DNA of 64,000 nt from Eledone cirrhosa (taxonomy: Eukaryota): assembly GCA_964016885.1 (NCBI GenBank), contig OZ024760.1:21266001-21330000 (forward strand), written 5' to 3'. This document shows positions 43,881 through 56,902 of this stretch, piece after piece; positions within the stretch are counted from its first letter, which is position 1, and each line of letters starts with the position of its first letter. Below the pieces are notes generated by a model, which was not told the origin of the DNA, searched no databases, and saw only the letters and a list, made by a program, of their open reading frames with translations. The translations under genes were made by a program, and so were the position numbers.

Positions 43881-44267
43881 TATTACAACAATATGACCCT
43901 CCCCAAGTATATATCACCTTGACCGACCAGTCTGTCGGGCGCCATTCGGCGCCGCTGGTCATAGCACGTTGCTGATTTGGCGGGCAGGCCGTAATTGTAA
44001 AGTCTGTCTTAAGCCAGAAGGCTCATTTCGCCGGTGTTTATCCCGGTTTCATGGCGTGAAACGACTGAGAGTACAAGACTCCCCCTGGACAGGATGCCAG
44101 TCTATCGCAGGGTTAAACCCCCAGCTATTGCTGGTACTCATTTTCAGCTGAGTAAACTGGAGCAACGTGAAATAAAGTGTCTTGCTCAAGGAAACAACAC
44201 ATCACCCGGTCCGATTTCTATTGCAAGCCTACTGCTCTAACCACTAAACCATGCGCCTTCACATTAA

Positions 44268-44300
<33 letters not shown>

Positions 44301-44665
44301 AACGAGTAGGACCCCGACGGCTGAGCTCAAGCCGTTTCGACGGCTAATTCTGGACTGAATTAGCCGTCTGACCAGAATTAGCCGTCGAAACGGCTTGAGC
44401 TCAGCCGTCGGGGTCCTACTCGTTCCTATTATCCACTCTACTACCCTAAGTATTGAGTACTTTGGTGCGTTATGGTCCATCTGGTTCCTTACTACATTTC
44501 CTTCGTTATATATATATATATATATTTTAATAATAATATTTATAGTTATGTATATAGTATAAACAACTATAAACAGGAAGGTCAGTAATTTCTTATTACC
44601 TTATTACCAGTAAGAGAAATAGCTCAATGTATGAACATCAGTTGTTTTACATGTGTATGTGTGTG

Positions 44666-45152
44666 TTGACTTTTGAGCTGACTTTTGGGATGCTCCCATA
44701 CAGCTCTGAGTTTTTCATCCTCAGTGTATACTGATTAATGTTCAGAGCCATCCTCAGCATTCTCCTGTAGCACCCATCCACCATCTGAGTGAGTTTCTTG
44801 GTCAGTGTCCAAGTTTCAGACCCATACAGCAGCACAGACTCCACTACAACAACCCAGAGCTGTATGGGAGCCTCCCAAAAGTCAGCTCAAAAGTGACACA
44901 GAGGAGACTGAGGTTGGCTGGACATGCTCACCGACATCCAGAGTTGACATTGCACTCAGTGCTCCTTTGGGAGCCCCTACATGGACACACTAGAAGAGGA
45001 AGACCAAGGTTAACATATGTTGATGCCCTAAGGACAGACACTGGACTGTTGGAGATGCAGGATATGGCAGCGATAATGAGGGACAGAGACCGCTGGAGAG
45101 AACTCGTTCATGGATCTCGGGAATTTTACCCGCCTTAGATAGATAGATAGGT
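44666..45152 (+). mobile_element. RTE LINE 3' end with an inverted 5' segment
   Basis: 44666-44845 (-) encodes ESVLLYGSETW..PKVSSKV. 44856-45138 (+) encodes ELYGSLPKVSSKV..FYPP*, followed by a (TAGA)n tail. Confidence 0.85.
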
Positions 45153-45564
45153 AGATGTGTGTGTGTACTCTGAGAGACAGAGAATCAGGAAGACAGGTAA
45201 CGATAAATTCTTCTTATTAATACTCCTGACAGGGAGGTGGATTGGCAGTATCAGTAGAGCGTCGGATAATATGCTTCGTTCTGAGTTCAAGTCCCGCCGA
45301 TGTTAGCTTTTTCTTTTCATCCTTACGAAGTCGATAAAATAAAGCACCAGTAATGTACTGGGGTCGATTTAATCGATTCCCCCTTCCTCCCAATTGTTAG
45401 CCTTCTGCCTAAAATAGAAACCGTTATTATATAGTTTGAGTTCAAATCCCGCCGAGGTTAACTTTGCCTTTCATCCTTACGGGGGTCGATAAAATAAAGT
45501 ACCGGTAATACACTGGGATAATTGCTGGCCTTGTGCCAAAAGTAGAAACAATTATTATTATATC

Positions 45565-46520
45565 TGAGAGGGTTGTGGAAGCTGAGTCTTCAGACACGTC
45601 TTCCAGTCGGTCCTGTCAGAAGCAACCGTCTCCAATATACGCGGCTGGATCCTCAAGCCAAGACTAGCCGAGCTCATGGAAGTTATCGAACCATCTTGCT
45701 TGGGATTTACCCATGCATCGCTTGTCGGTTGGTTTTGTTCATAAAATTGGTCCTGTGCTTCTCGAGAGGCTCGTCTTGCGATTCTTTTCTAAGACATTCT
45801 AACTACATGTCCGTAGTATCGTAGCTGTGATCTCTCGATTCCGAGTAGTGGCTCTATTTTTGGAGCTACTCTCTGATCTCCGAGCTGTGATCTCTCGATT
45901 CCGAGTAGTGGCTCTATTTTTTGGAGCTACTCTCTGATCTCCGAGCTGTGATCTCTCGATTCCGAGTACTGGCTCTATTTTTGGAGCTACTCTCTGATCT
46001 CCGAGCTGTGATCTCTCGATTCCGAGTAGTGGCTCTATTTTTGGAGCTACTCTCTGATCTCCGAGCTGTGATCTCTCGATTCCGAGTAGTGGTTCTATTT
46101 TTGGAGCTACTCTCTGATCTCCGAGCTGTGATCTCTCGATTCCGAGTAGTGGCTCTATTTTTGGAGCTACTCTCTGATCTCCGAGCTGTGATCTCTCGAT
46201 TCCGAGTAGTGGCTCTATTTTTGGAGCTACTCTCTGATCTCCGAGCTGTGATCTCTCGATTCCGAGTAGTGACTCTATTTTTGGAGCTACTCTCTGATTT
46301 CCGAGCTGTGATCTCTCGATTCCGAGTAGTGACTCTATTTTTGGAGCTACTCTCTGATCTCCGAGCTGTGATCTCTCGATTCCGAGTAGTGGCTCTATTT
46401 TTGGAGCTACTCTCTGATCTCCGAGCTGTGATCTCTCGATTCCGAGTAGTGGCTCTATTTTTGGAGCTACTCTCTGATCTCCGAGCTGTGATCTCTCGAT
46501 TCAGAGAAATAGCGGCTCCC
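45565..46520 (-). repeat. 60-bp minisatellite (~11 copies, 45823-46503) inside an RTE LINE 3' fragment
   Basis: On the minus strand the unit encodes IEPLLGIERSQL. The flank continues QLRYYGHVVRMS*KRIARR and ASDRTDWK. Confidence 0.9.
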
Positions 46521-47171
46521 TATTCTCCAAGCTATACCTCATATCAAGAAACCCCATATCAGCCGCTGGTGTCCGTGATCGTATTATTTCAGTCATTGTT
46601 ATTTCAAAAAGTTGTACAATTGCAAATCAACATTTGAAGCATATTAAAAAAAAATATGTGGATATAGTCTGTGTTTCGGCGGAATGTCACCTGGCTTCGT
46701 CAGAGACGTCGTAAAGAATAGATTGGATTTAACTCGTAAATATATGGACCATCGTTCGGAAAAGGCCGCGACACGATTGGATGGCGGTAGATAGTGGTAG
46801 AGTGGTAGCGAGGCAGTGGTAGAAAGGTAGAGTGGTAGAGAAGTAGCGTGGTAGAGTGGTAGAGTGGTAAAGAAGTAGTGGTAGAAAGGTAGAGTGGTAG
46901 AGATGTTGAGATGTAAAGAAGTAGAGTAGAAAGTTAGAGGGGTCGAATGGTATAGTATGGCAAATTGATAGAGTGTTAGTCTATGGTATAGAATAGTAAG
47001 AGTAAACTATAGTATAGTGTTATCAGATGCGTTTCAGTGAAGACCTCCTGCTGGTTTGGTTCCCTCACAGAAACAGATGGTGCCAGAACTTCTCTTAGAA
47101 TTTGGTGTCTAAATAAATAGTAACAACTTATATGATTGGACTGTTCTTATTGATAGCACTCCCCCTCTCTT

Positions 47172-47256
<85 letters not shown>

Positions 47257-47334
47257 GTATATATATATATATAGTGTAAAATTGCCTCCTATGTTTTGTT
47301 TGTTTCATTTATTATATATATATATATAAATAAT

Positions 47335-47407
<73 letters not shown>

Positions 47408-47417
47408 ACAACATAAT

Positions 47418-47491
47418 TATTTCATTACCAAAGGTTTCAAGAGACAAGACGATCCTTACAGAAATGTCCAGCCCGTTCATCAGATGAAATA
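47418..47491 (-). ncRNA. Type-I hammerhead motif with perfect stems I and III
   Basis: Minus strand: TATTTCAT-CTGATGA-(38 nt, weak stem II)-GAA-ACC-TTT-GGT-A-ATGAAATA. Confidence 0.7.
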
Positions 47492-47767
47492 GTTATGTTT
47501 TAGATATAAGTTTTGAAATTGATATCTATTAAAAATGAAAATGAGGCTGAGTTAAAATAACATCTTATAACGGAATAATATATACACATATAAATATACA
47601 TACATACACACACACACACATAAAACCACATACGTGCATCTATACGTACATCCATGTTCACTCTTACATAGATACATAAGCGCATCAACCACATATATAC
47701 ACTCATATACACTCATATACACATACACATACACACATACACATACACACATATATATACACACGCA

Positions 47768-47854
<87 letters not shown>

Positions 47855-48651
47855 CAAATGAAAAAACGGAGTTAAATACCCTTGTAATTTAATTGTTTCT
47901 ACTTTAGGCACAAGGCCAGCAACTACCCAGTGCCTCACTGGTACTTTATTTTATCGACCCCGTAAGGATGAAAGGCAAAGTCAACCTCGGCGGGATTTGA
48001 ACTCAGATCGTAAAGGGACGTAACTATGCTAGAAAGCATGGCGTCCGACCCTCTACCGATACTGCCAATCCTTGTAATTTAATGAGCTCAAGCAATAGGT
48101 ACCGGGCTTTTCATGATACAGTATATAGAGAAGAAAACACAAAAGGGTATGTTTTCAATTACGAGGGGTAGAGAACTACTAGAGAGAAAAGCATAAGTCT
48201 ACGAAAGAAGTGGAAAACACATAATAATTTAAAGTAAACCAAAATGTACAGAACCACCTTAATAACTATAAAATACCTGGACAAACTCAAAGAAGAGAAT
48301 GTTTCGCCATAAAAAGTGTTGATACTATAACCTCTCAGGGCTTCCTTTTTACTTCTTCTACCTCTACTACAATGGTCTCTGCTCTTCGCAGCTTGCTAAA
48401 CCCATCTCCTCCAGCCAGGCACTATCACCATTCCCCTCTATACTACTACCACCATCACTGCCTCCTCCTCCTCTCATAATCCATATTGTGTCCACCTACC
48501 CCACCCCACACCAACCACTATGCCCAGTCATCCCCCCCTCCCCCTCCCCAGGCTGTCGGCCCTCTGGAATACCTTCCCTGTTTATGTATTCTCCAGAGGA
48601 GTGGAACTACAACAATTTAAAAATCAACCTCTCCAGTCTCAGAGGACATAT

Positions 48652-50580
48652 AAAGGCCATGGGCACTGTCCCTTCCTCCAGGTCTACTAGACGTCAATCT
48701 CTCTTGTCTCAGAAGATCTGTAAAGACCATGGGCACTGTCCCTTCCTCCAGATCTACTAGACGTCAATCTCTCTTGTCTCAGAAGATCTGTAAAGACCAT
48801 GGGCACTGTCCCTTCCTCCAGATCTACTAGACGTCAATCTCTCTTGTCTCAGAAGATCTGTAAAGACCATGGGCACTGTCCCTTCCTCCAGATCTACTAG
48901 ACGTCAATCTCTCTTGTCTCAGAAGATCTGTAAAGACCATGGGCACTGTCCCTTCCTCCAGATCTACTAGACGTCAATCTCTCTTGTCTCAGAAGATCTG
49001 TAAAGACCATGGGCACTGTCCCTTCCTCCAGATCTACTAGACGTCAATCTCTCTTGTCTCAGAAGATCTGTAAAGACCATGGGCACTGTCCCTTCCTCCA
49101 GATCTACTAGACGTCAATCTCTCTTGTCTTAGAAGATCTGTAAAGACCATGGGCACTGTCCCTTCCTCCAGATCTACTAGACGTCAATCTCTCTTGTCTC
49201 AGAAGATCTGTAAAGACCATGGGCACTGTCCCTTCCTCCAGATCTACTAGACGTCAATCTCTCTTGTCTCAGAAGATCTGTAAAGACCATGGGCACTGTC
49301 CCTTCCTCCAGATCTACTAGACGTCAATCTCTCTTGTCTCAGAAGATCTGTAAAGACCATGGGCACTGTCCCTTCCTCCAGATCTACTAGACGTCAATCT
49401 CTCTTGTCTTAGAAGATCTGTAAAGACCATGGGCACTGTCCCTTCCTCCAGATCTACTAGACGTCAATCTCTCTTGTCTCAGAAGATCTGTAAAGACCAT
49501 GGGCACTGTCCCTTCCTCCAGATCTACTAGACGTCAATCTCTCTTGTCTCAGAAGATCTGTAAAGACCATGGGCACTGTCCCTTCCTCCAGATCTACTAG
49601 ACGTCAATCTCTCTTGTCTCAGAAGATCTGTAAAGACCATGGGCACTGTCCCTTCCTCCAGATCTACTAGACGTCAATCTCTCTTGTCTCAGAAGATCTG
49701 TAAAGACCATGGGCACTGTCCCTTCCTCCAGATCTACTAGACGTCAATCTCTCTTGTCTCAGAAGATCTGTAAAGACCATGGGCACTGTCCCTTCCTCCA
49801 GATCTACTAGACGTCAATCTCTCTTGTCTCAGAAGATCTGTAAAGACCATGGGCACTGTCCCTTCCTCCAGATCTACTAGACGTCAATCTCTCTTGTCTC
49901 AGAAGATCTGTAAAGACCATGGGCACTGTCCCTTCCTCCAGATCTACTAGACGTCAATCTCTCTTGTCTCAGAAGATCTGTAAAGACCATGGGCACTGTT
50001 CCGTCCTCCAGATCTACTAGACGCCAATCTCTCTTGTCTCAGAAGATCTGTAAAGACCATGGGCACTGTCCCTTCCTCCAGATCTACTAGACGCCAATCT
50101 CTCTTGTCTCAGAAGATCTGTAAAGACCATGGGCACTGTCCCTTCCTCCAGATCTACTAGACGCCAATCTCTCTTGTCTCAGAAGATCTGTAAAGACCAT
50201 GGGCACTGTCCCTTCCTCCAGATCTACTAGACGTCAATCTCTCTTGTCTCAGAAGATCTGTAAAGACCATGGGCACTGTCCCTTCCTCCAGATCTACTAG
50301 ACGTCAACCTCTCTTGTCTCAGAAGATCTGTAAAGACCATGGGCACTGTCCCTTCCTCCAGATCTACTAGACGTCAATCTCTCTTGTCTCAGAAGATCTG
50401 TAAAGACCATGAGCACTGTCCCTTCCTCCAGATCTACTAGACGTCAATCTCTCTTGTCTCAGAAGATCCTTAAAGACCATGGGTACTGTCCCTTCCTCCA
50501 GACCTACCAGATCTACTAGACACCATCTCTCCAGTCTCAAAGGACCTGTCAATGTCATGGGCACTGGCCTTTCCTCCAGA
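48652..50580. repeat. 70-bp minisatellite, about 27 nearly identical copies
   Basis: Unit TAAAGACCATGGGCACTGTCCCTTCCTCCAGATCTACTAGACGTCAATCTCTCTTGTCTCAGAAGATCTG. Confidence 0.98.
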
Positions 50581-51704
50581 CCTACCAGTTGAGATCAAAC
50601 CTTTTTGGTACGAGAGTGGGCTGAAAAGTTCATAGACTGACTATAAAGGAGTGATGCTAGAGCTGTGAAATCTTGCATGCATTAATTTCAACTCTTTTAT
50701 TAATAAACTTCATTGTTTGTTTCTAGGTAAACTGACATCTGATTGTTCAAAGACTTCAAAATAATCAGAAGAGCCTTCTCCTAAAAATGAACAAATTTTG
50801 GCATCGTGGTGTTATCAAGTACCCGCAGAAAAGGGGTTTAACCCCCAAGGACATTCATGTTGACATGGTTACTACATTAGGGGATGAAGCTCCAGCTTTA
50901 TCAACAGGATGAAAGCTTCTTCGCCAATGAGGATCCAAGCACTGCAACACCAATGGAAGAAGTGTGTGGACCGCAAGGGGGACTATTTTGAAAAAGATAT
51001 ACCTCATTTTGTCATATTCCATGAGAGTATCTTATTCGGCTTATGAACTTTTCAGCCGATCCTCGCAAGGTAGGTACATTACCTGATGTAACTTTTCCTT
51101 CTTTAAGACGATAGAGTGTTACAGGAGGGGAAAGGCTTTTAGCTATTATTTCTAGCAAGTGGAGTCACAAAGTGTGTGTATTGACACTCCGTTTGTTCTG
51201 ACAACGTGTGCTCCAGTTGTTCGAACAACAGAACAGCGTAATCGTGAAATTATTCCATTCACACGTGTACCCTTAACGTAATGCTAATGGAGATTCAGCG
51301 TGACACTGTGTGACAAGTTTGGTCCCGCTTGAATTACGGGAGAATAAAGAAGCATGTTAGCGAATGAATGTCACCCTACTAGCCTTTTCTGGGAGATGCC
51401 GTCTATGGGTTTGTGTTTATAACAGCAAGACTGTCCCAGATATGTTGCATGCATAGTTAATATATGGCCCGGGAATCGAACTCACAACCTTTTGATGGTT
51501 CAGTAACAAAGTATCTCTTGGTCCCACACGCCTCCGACAAACGAACACTTTAACCACTAAGCCATGCACCTTCAACCAGTCACTTAACTCTTTTGCCCCC
51601 CCCCCCCCCACACACATCATGGACGCCGCGGTAAATGTCGGGATCACTGCTTGAGTGAATAAAATTCGGAATTATCTGGATTTATCCAGTAGATATTTTT
51701 TTCT

Positions 51705-52128
51705 TTCCAGTCGTTTGGCGGAGTCGGGCCGGTGACGGCTAAGTTCTTGTCATCGTCGTCGGCGACGGCTCGTTCACTGAGGTGTCAGGTGATGCCTGTG
51801 AAGGTGCTTGGTTGTTTCAGCGCCTTAGCCTCGCCATCACCCGTGGTAATGCTGCGAGCATATTGGCTTGCCTCAAAATGTTTAGTTAACCCTTATAATG
51901 TGATGTGCGGTCGGTTGTCGAACTTGGTGGTGAATTGCCCCTCCCCCCATTTTAATGTTTATTTTTATCTCTCTTTTATGCGTTTATGTTTGTATATATT
52001 ATATGTTGTTTGTTTTCGTTCTGTAAGCATTATATTATGATATTTTTATACAACTGTGAATAAAAGACGATTATTTGTATTTGTAATGTTATTTATAGAA
52101 CTGTGAATAAAATATTAATTTAAAAAAA
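51705..52128 (+). mobile_element. CRE-like (restriction-like endonuclease) LINE 3' end
   Basis: FGGVGP..AKFL and EGAWLFQRLSLAITRGNAASILACL, then a T-rich UTR, AATAAA and an oligo-A tail. Confidence 0.7.
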
Positions 52129-52254
52129 CCCATAAAGTAGAGGCTGCCTCGTCGGTTTAAAGTCTGGCTACATGGGGTTAAGCAATGAGGTAGAAACAGC
52201 GAATACGTGGTAAACGTGACGACGGAGTTACTACCGTTGACGTTCAGTACTAAC

Positions 52255-53060
52255 TAGAGAGAGAGAGAGAGAGAGAGAGATTGACAGACAGAGATATAGA
52301 GAGGGACATCAAGAGGGAGAGAGAGTACTAACGAGTAAGAGAGAGATTGACAGACAGATATATAGAGAGGGACATCAAGAGGGAGGGAGAGTACTAACGA
52401 GTAAGAGAGAGATTGACAGACAGATATATAGAGAGGGACATCAAGAGGGAGGGAGAGTACTAACGAGTAAGAGAGAGATTGACAGACAGATATATAGAGA
52501 GGGACATCAAGAGGGAGGGAGAGTACTAACGAGTAAGAGAGAGAGAGAGATTAACAGACAGATATATAGAGAGGGACATCAAGAGGGAGAGAGAGTACTA
52601 ACGAGTAAGAGAGAGAGAGGAGAGATTGACAGACAGATATATAGAGAGGGACATCAAGAGGGAGAGAGAGTACTAACGAGTAAGAGAGAGAGAGGAGAGA
52701 TTGACAGACAGATATATAGAGAGGGACATCAAGAGGGAGAGAGAGTACTAACGAGTAAGAGAGAGAGATTGACAGACAGATATATAGAGAGGGACATCAA
52801 GAGGGAGGGAGAGTACTAACGAGTAAGAGAGAGAGAGAGAGATTGACAGACAGATATATAGAGAGAAACATCAAGAGGGAGAGAGAGTACTAACGAGTAA
52901 GAGAGAGAGAGAGATTGACAGACAGTTATATAGAGAGAAACATCAAGAGGGAGAGAGAGTACTAACGAGTAGGAGAGAGAGAGAGATTAACAGACAGATA
53001 TATAGAGAGAAACATCAAGAGTGAGAGAAAGTACTAACGAGTAAGAGAGAGAAAAAGAGA
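52255..53060. repeat. GA-rich ~62-68-bp minisatellite (~12 copies) upstream of the lamin promoter
   Basis: Unit GATTGACAGACAGATATATAGAGAGGGACATCAAGAGGGAGRGAGAGTACTAACGAGTAA(GA)n. Confidence 0.92.
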
Positions 53061-53690
53061 GAGATTGTCAAAGAATAGCTGACAGATAGAGAGGGAGAAA
53101 GAGAGATCGACAGAAAGAGATTGACTGACAGATATAGAGGGAGAGAGAGCGGTTTGTAATTAGCAACAAAGCTAAAAAGAGAGAAAAAGATAGAGTGACA
53201 GTGACAAATATAGAGGAAGAGAGAGAGGGAGAGAGAGATGTTCATAATCAGCAGCAAGGCTGAGAGAGAGAGAAGAGCGAGTGTTGAAGAGAGAGAGAGA
53301 GAGAGTGAAGGGTGATAAAGAGAAAGAAAGGGTGCTGAAGAGAGAGGGAGGGAGGATGATGAAGTAAGAGAGAGAGGGTGGGTGATAAAGAAAAGGGAGG
53401 GTAATAAAGAAAAAGAAAGGATGCTGAAAAGAGAGAGAGAAAGGAAAGGTGTTGAAAAGAGAGTAAGAGCGAGGATGCTGGAGAGAGAGAAAGCGCGGGG
53501 GGTAATAAAGATAGAGAGGATGGTGATAAAGAAAGAGAGAGGGAGCTAAAAAGAGAGTGAGATGGAGGGTGAGAAAGAGAAAGAAAGAGTGCTGAAGAGA
53601 GAGAGTGAAAAAAATGGTGCTGGAAAGAAAGAGGAAGGATGCTGAAGCGAGAGACAGAGTGGGGAAGAGAGAAGCTAAAGTTGCCGGTTT

Positions 53691-53728
53691 GTCACGTGAC
53701 TTGAGGCGCGCATGTGCCCCGCCATATT
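53691..53728 (+). promoter_or_regulatory. Likely lamin core promoter: palindromic E-box, NRF1-like site and YY1 site
   Basis: GTCACGTGAC at 53691-53700, GCGCATGTGC at 53708-53717 and CCGCCATATT at 53719-53728 form a 38-bp cluster about 380 bp upstream of the ATG. A second CACGTG lies at 53856-53861. Confidence 0.65.
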
Positions 53729-54099
53729 GCAGTGAGTGAAGATTGTTTAAGTTTTGAGTCTGTGAACAGTTGGACGTATTTGTTGTGAAGGTTTTAGATA
53801 GATAAAAAAAAAAGACTTGTGGCTGTCGTTACAACAACTAAGGCTGTCGCTTTCACACGTGACAGCTGTCTTAGGACATACACAGAACCCTCTTTACAAT
53901 AAGAACTTCCCTCGTGAAAAGTTGGATTAAAACCACGTTACCCTCTTTTGGTACATGTGTCTGGCTTACCACCCGTTTAACCGTCACATCACATCACACT
54001 CATTCTGCAATCCCGGAACTAGCATCTGCTAAACACATTGATTTGAGTAGATTCTCTTTGGTCATACATTAAATAGGCAAAGAAAAAAAAAAAAAAAGA

Positions 54100-54524
54100 A
54101 TGGAGAGACAAGGACGTAAAACTACCATAAGAACAACAACCACGACGACCTCTTCTGGCGAGGCCGACAGTGCCGCGGGTTCATCTACCACCTCCCCGAC
54201 ACAATCGTTCTTTCGTCGGAGTAGGGCCCCATCACCTGCAAGACTTTCTCGTATACAAGAGAAAGAGGAACTGCAATCTCTAAATGATCGTCTTGCTAAC
54301 TACATCGACCGGGTGCGCCAGTTGGAGACGGAGAACAGTCGTTTGATGGTTCAAGTCCGTTCGTCGGAAGAAACTGTATCCCGTGAGGTGACTAACATTA
54401 AATCTTTGTACGAGTCGGAGCTGAATGATGCGAGGAAATTGCTTGATGAAATGGCTAAGGAGAAAGCACGTTTACAAATAGAATCTGGGAAATATAAGGC
54501 CGAAGCCGATGAATGGCTTACGAA
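54100..54524 (+). CDS. LMN: Nuclear lamin (B-type-like intermediate filament), coding exon 1
   Basis: Ser/Thr-rich head with CDK1-type site SPARLSR, then coil 1[29 protein letters not shown] and coil 1B start ([25 protein letters not shown]). The exon ends at a canonical donor AA|GTAAGT (GT at 54525), phase 2. Confidence 0.95.
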
Positions 54525-54958
54525 GTAAGTTGATCATCAAATATTTATTACGTCTCTCACTCACCTCAACATTTTATTTACTTTAGATAACTATATATAT
54601 ATAACCCGTAGAGCAAATATATATTATTAGCACAGGTTAAAAGTTTAAGCAAACAGTGTCTGCTTTCACTCTAATTAAACTTTTAATCTGTGCTTATATA
54701 TATATATTTATATATATAATATGCGTGTGTGTGTGAAAAAGTTTTGTCTCTTTCTAATTTCTCAAATGTATACACCGGGTTTGTGCTGTTTCTTGCTATA
54801 ACCTGATACCCAGAATATGCATGTGCGTGTGTATATTTATATTTGTGTGTGTGAATATATAAAAATAGGTACTTTCTTAGAATACCAGTATATATATATA
54901 TATATACACATATATGCTAAAAGTAAACGGAAAAAACCACAACAATGAAGTACAATGA

Positions 54959-55014
<56 letters not shown>

Positions 55015-55187
55015 AACAGAAGGGATATTTAATTTGTTGGAAATTCAACAAATATAAATGTTTATAACTGATTCAGAGCACCCGGCAGTTTCTGGAGTAA
55101 ATATTATATTCAATGATATTAAATAAATCGAAACTATATTTATAAAACCATATTTATTCTATTATATATATATATATTTCAATATAT

Positions 55188-55229
<42 letters not shown>

Positions 55230-56022
55230 CACATATAATTATTTCTATATGATGTTATTAAATATATGGAATTAAGCCACTTCTAGTTACCTCCCCATAA
55301 CGAAAATGAAACTTCTCTCAGTGCCATCTTTGTTGTACCCCAGACTCACTTAAATCAGAGCAGACAGTTATTTGAAATTTAAAACTTCAGTAATCAGTCG
55401 ATTATAATAAATATATTGTCATTATTCCCGTCCTCTCAAATAAAAATAACTTTTTTGTGTTTTCTGTGTGTAAAACTGCAATTAGTGTTTTTACCATTAA
55501 TTACACCAATTAATAATTATAAAGCAAGCACATTGTCGAGTATGTGCGTTTAGATATATATGTGTGTGTCGTTATATATATATATGTATGTGTATATATA
55601 TGTAGATAGGCACACAAATAATTCATACCCGTAGAAGATATGTTTGCACAGACTCTCGTACCACACCCACACCAAGCACATATGCTCGGTTGCAGTTTCG
55701 TTTCATCATTTGTGGTATTTTTAACCTGGTGTCTGCAAACTTTCAGTGATAATTTTACATTTGCTGGAATCCCTCTTGCAACTGACTGCCATTCTGTAAC
55801 AGTTTCCTCTACTAACCCAATCTGTTTTCATATTTATTTTGCACACATTATTCCCTCTCTCCTCCTCCGTAAACTTTTTTTTTTTTTGCCTCGACTTAAA
55901 ATGATCTACATTACATGCATATATATATTTATATGTATCAATACATATTATTATAACGATTCTTTGCCCTACGGTTAAGCTTCATATATTTATATGTGTG
56001 TGTGTATTTATTTATATATATA

Positions 56023-56065
<43 letters not shown>

Positions 56066-56846
56066 CTGTCTGATTTTTAAAAGAAAAATATATATATTTA
56101 AAATCTGTCATATTTTTCTTGTTCTGCTTTGGTATATATGTATGTGTGTGTGTGTGTGTATATATATATGTGTGTGTGTACACTGCCATAAAATACCCAG
56201 ATATTATTTATTACGGACTATTTATATAGCGAGGTCATGTCAACTCTAATTTCTTTGTGGGTTATTTATCTGCTTCGATAATGATTGGAAATAAATTAAT
56301 TATCGATTAATTAACATTTTATCATCGATATCAATTAGCCGAACCGTTTCTGCTTCGATTTTTAACCTTTTTTAGACTGGAAAAAAATGTCCATTTATTC
56401 TGGGTAGCTTCCGCTCTTCATATATTTAAAGATATTTTTATATTTCGTTACTAACCGGCTCTCGTTCGATGAAACTAAACCATTTTAAATGGTTTCTGTC
56501 TAGATTAAAATCTTCCAATATAATTTTTATATTAGAACTATATGTTAGACTGTTATTTGAAAAATAATTAATAATTTTAATAAATCTCTAAAAATTCTTC
56601 ATTCATTATTTAAATACGATCTTGAAAGGGTTAGATTTCAGCTAGTTTTCTCTTGGTAAATAGCTTATATTTTGTCATCTCTCTCTCTCTGTATATTTCG
56701 TCTACCTTGGCATATATTTTTTTATTTGGTTGTTTACATATAAGATGACTGCCAACACTCCACTCAATCAATGACCGTTATTCATGATGGGTGTGCTTAT
56801 ATATATTAAATGGCATACCGCCTGTGGACGCATCCTAGCAACGATA

Positions 56847-56902
<56 letters not shown>

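Noticed and set aside
45921-46637. 238-aa Leu-rich repeat ORF on the + strand
   Set aside because: Antisense reading of the RTE-derived 60-bp array.
46665-46725. Hammerhead-like CTGACGA..GAAA on the minus strand (similar weak cases at about 25195, 35940 and 39078)
   Set aside because: Stems do not pair or core bases are mutated; at best decayed remnants.
53955-54032. 25-codon upstream ORF before the lamin ATG
   Set aside because: The TSS is unknown and there is no conservation evidence; an ORF this short is expected by chance.
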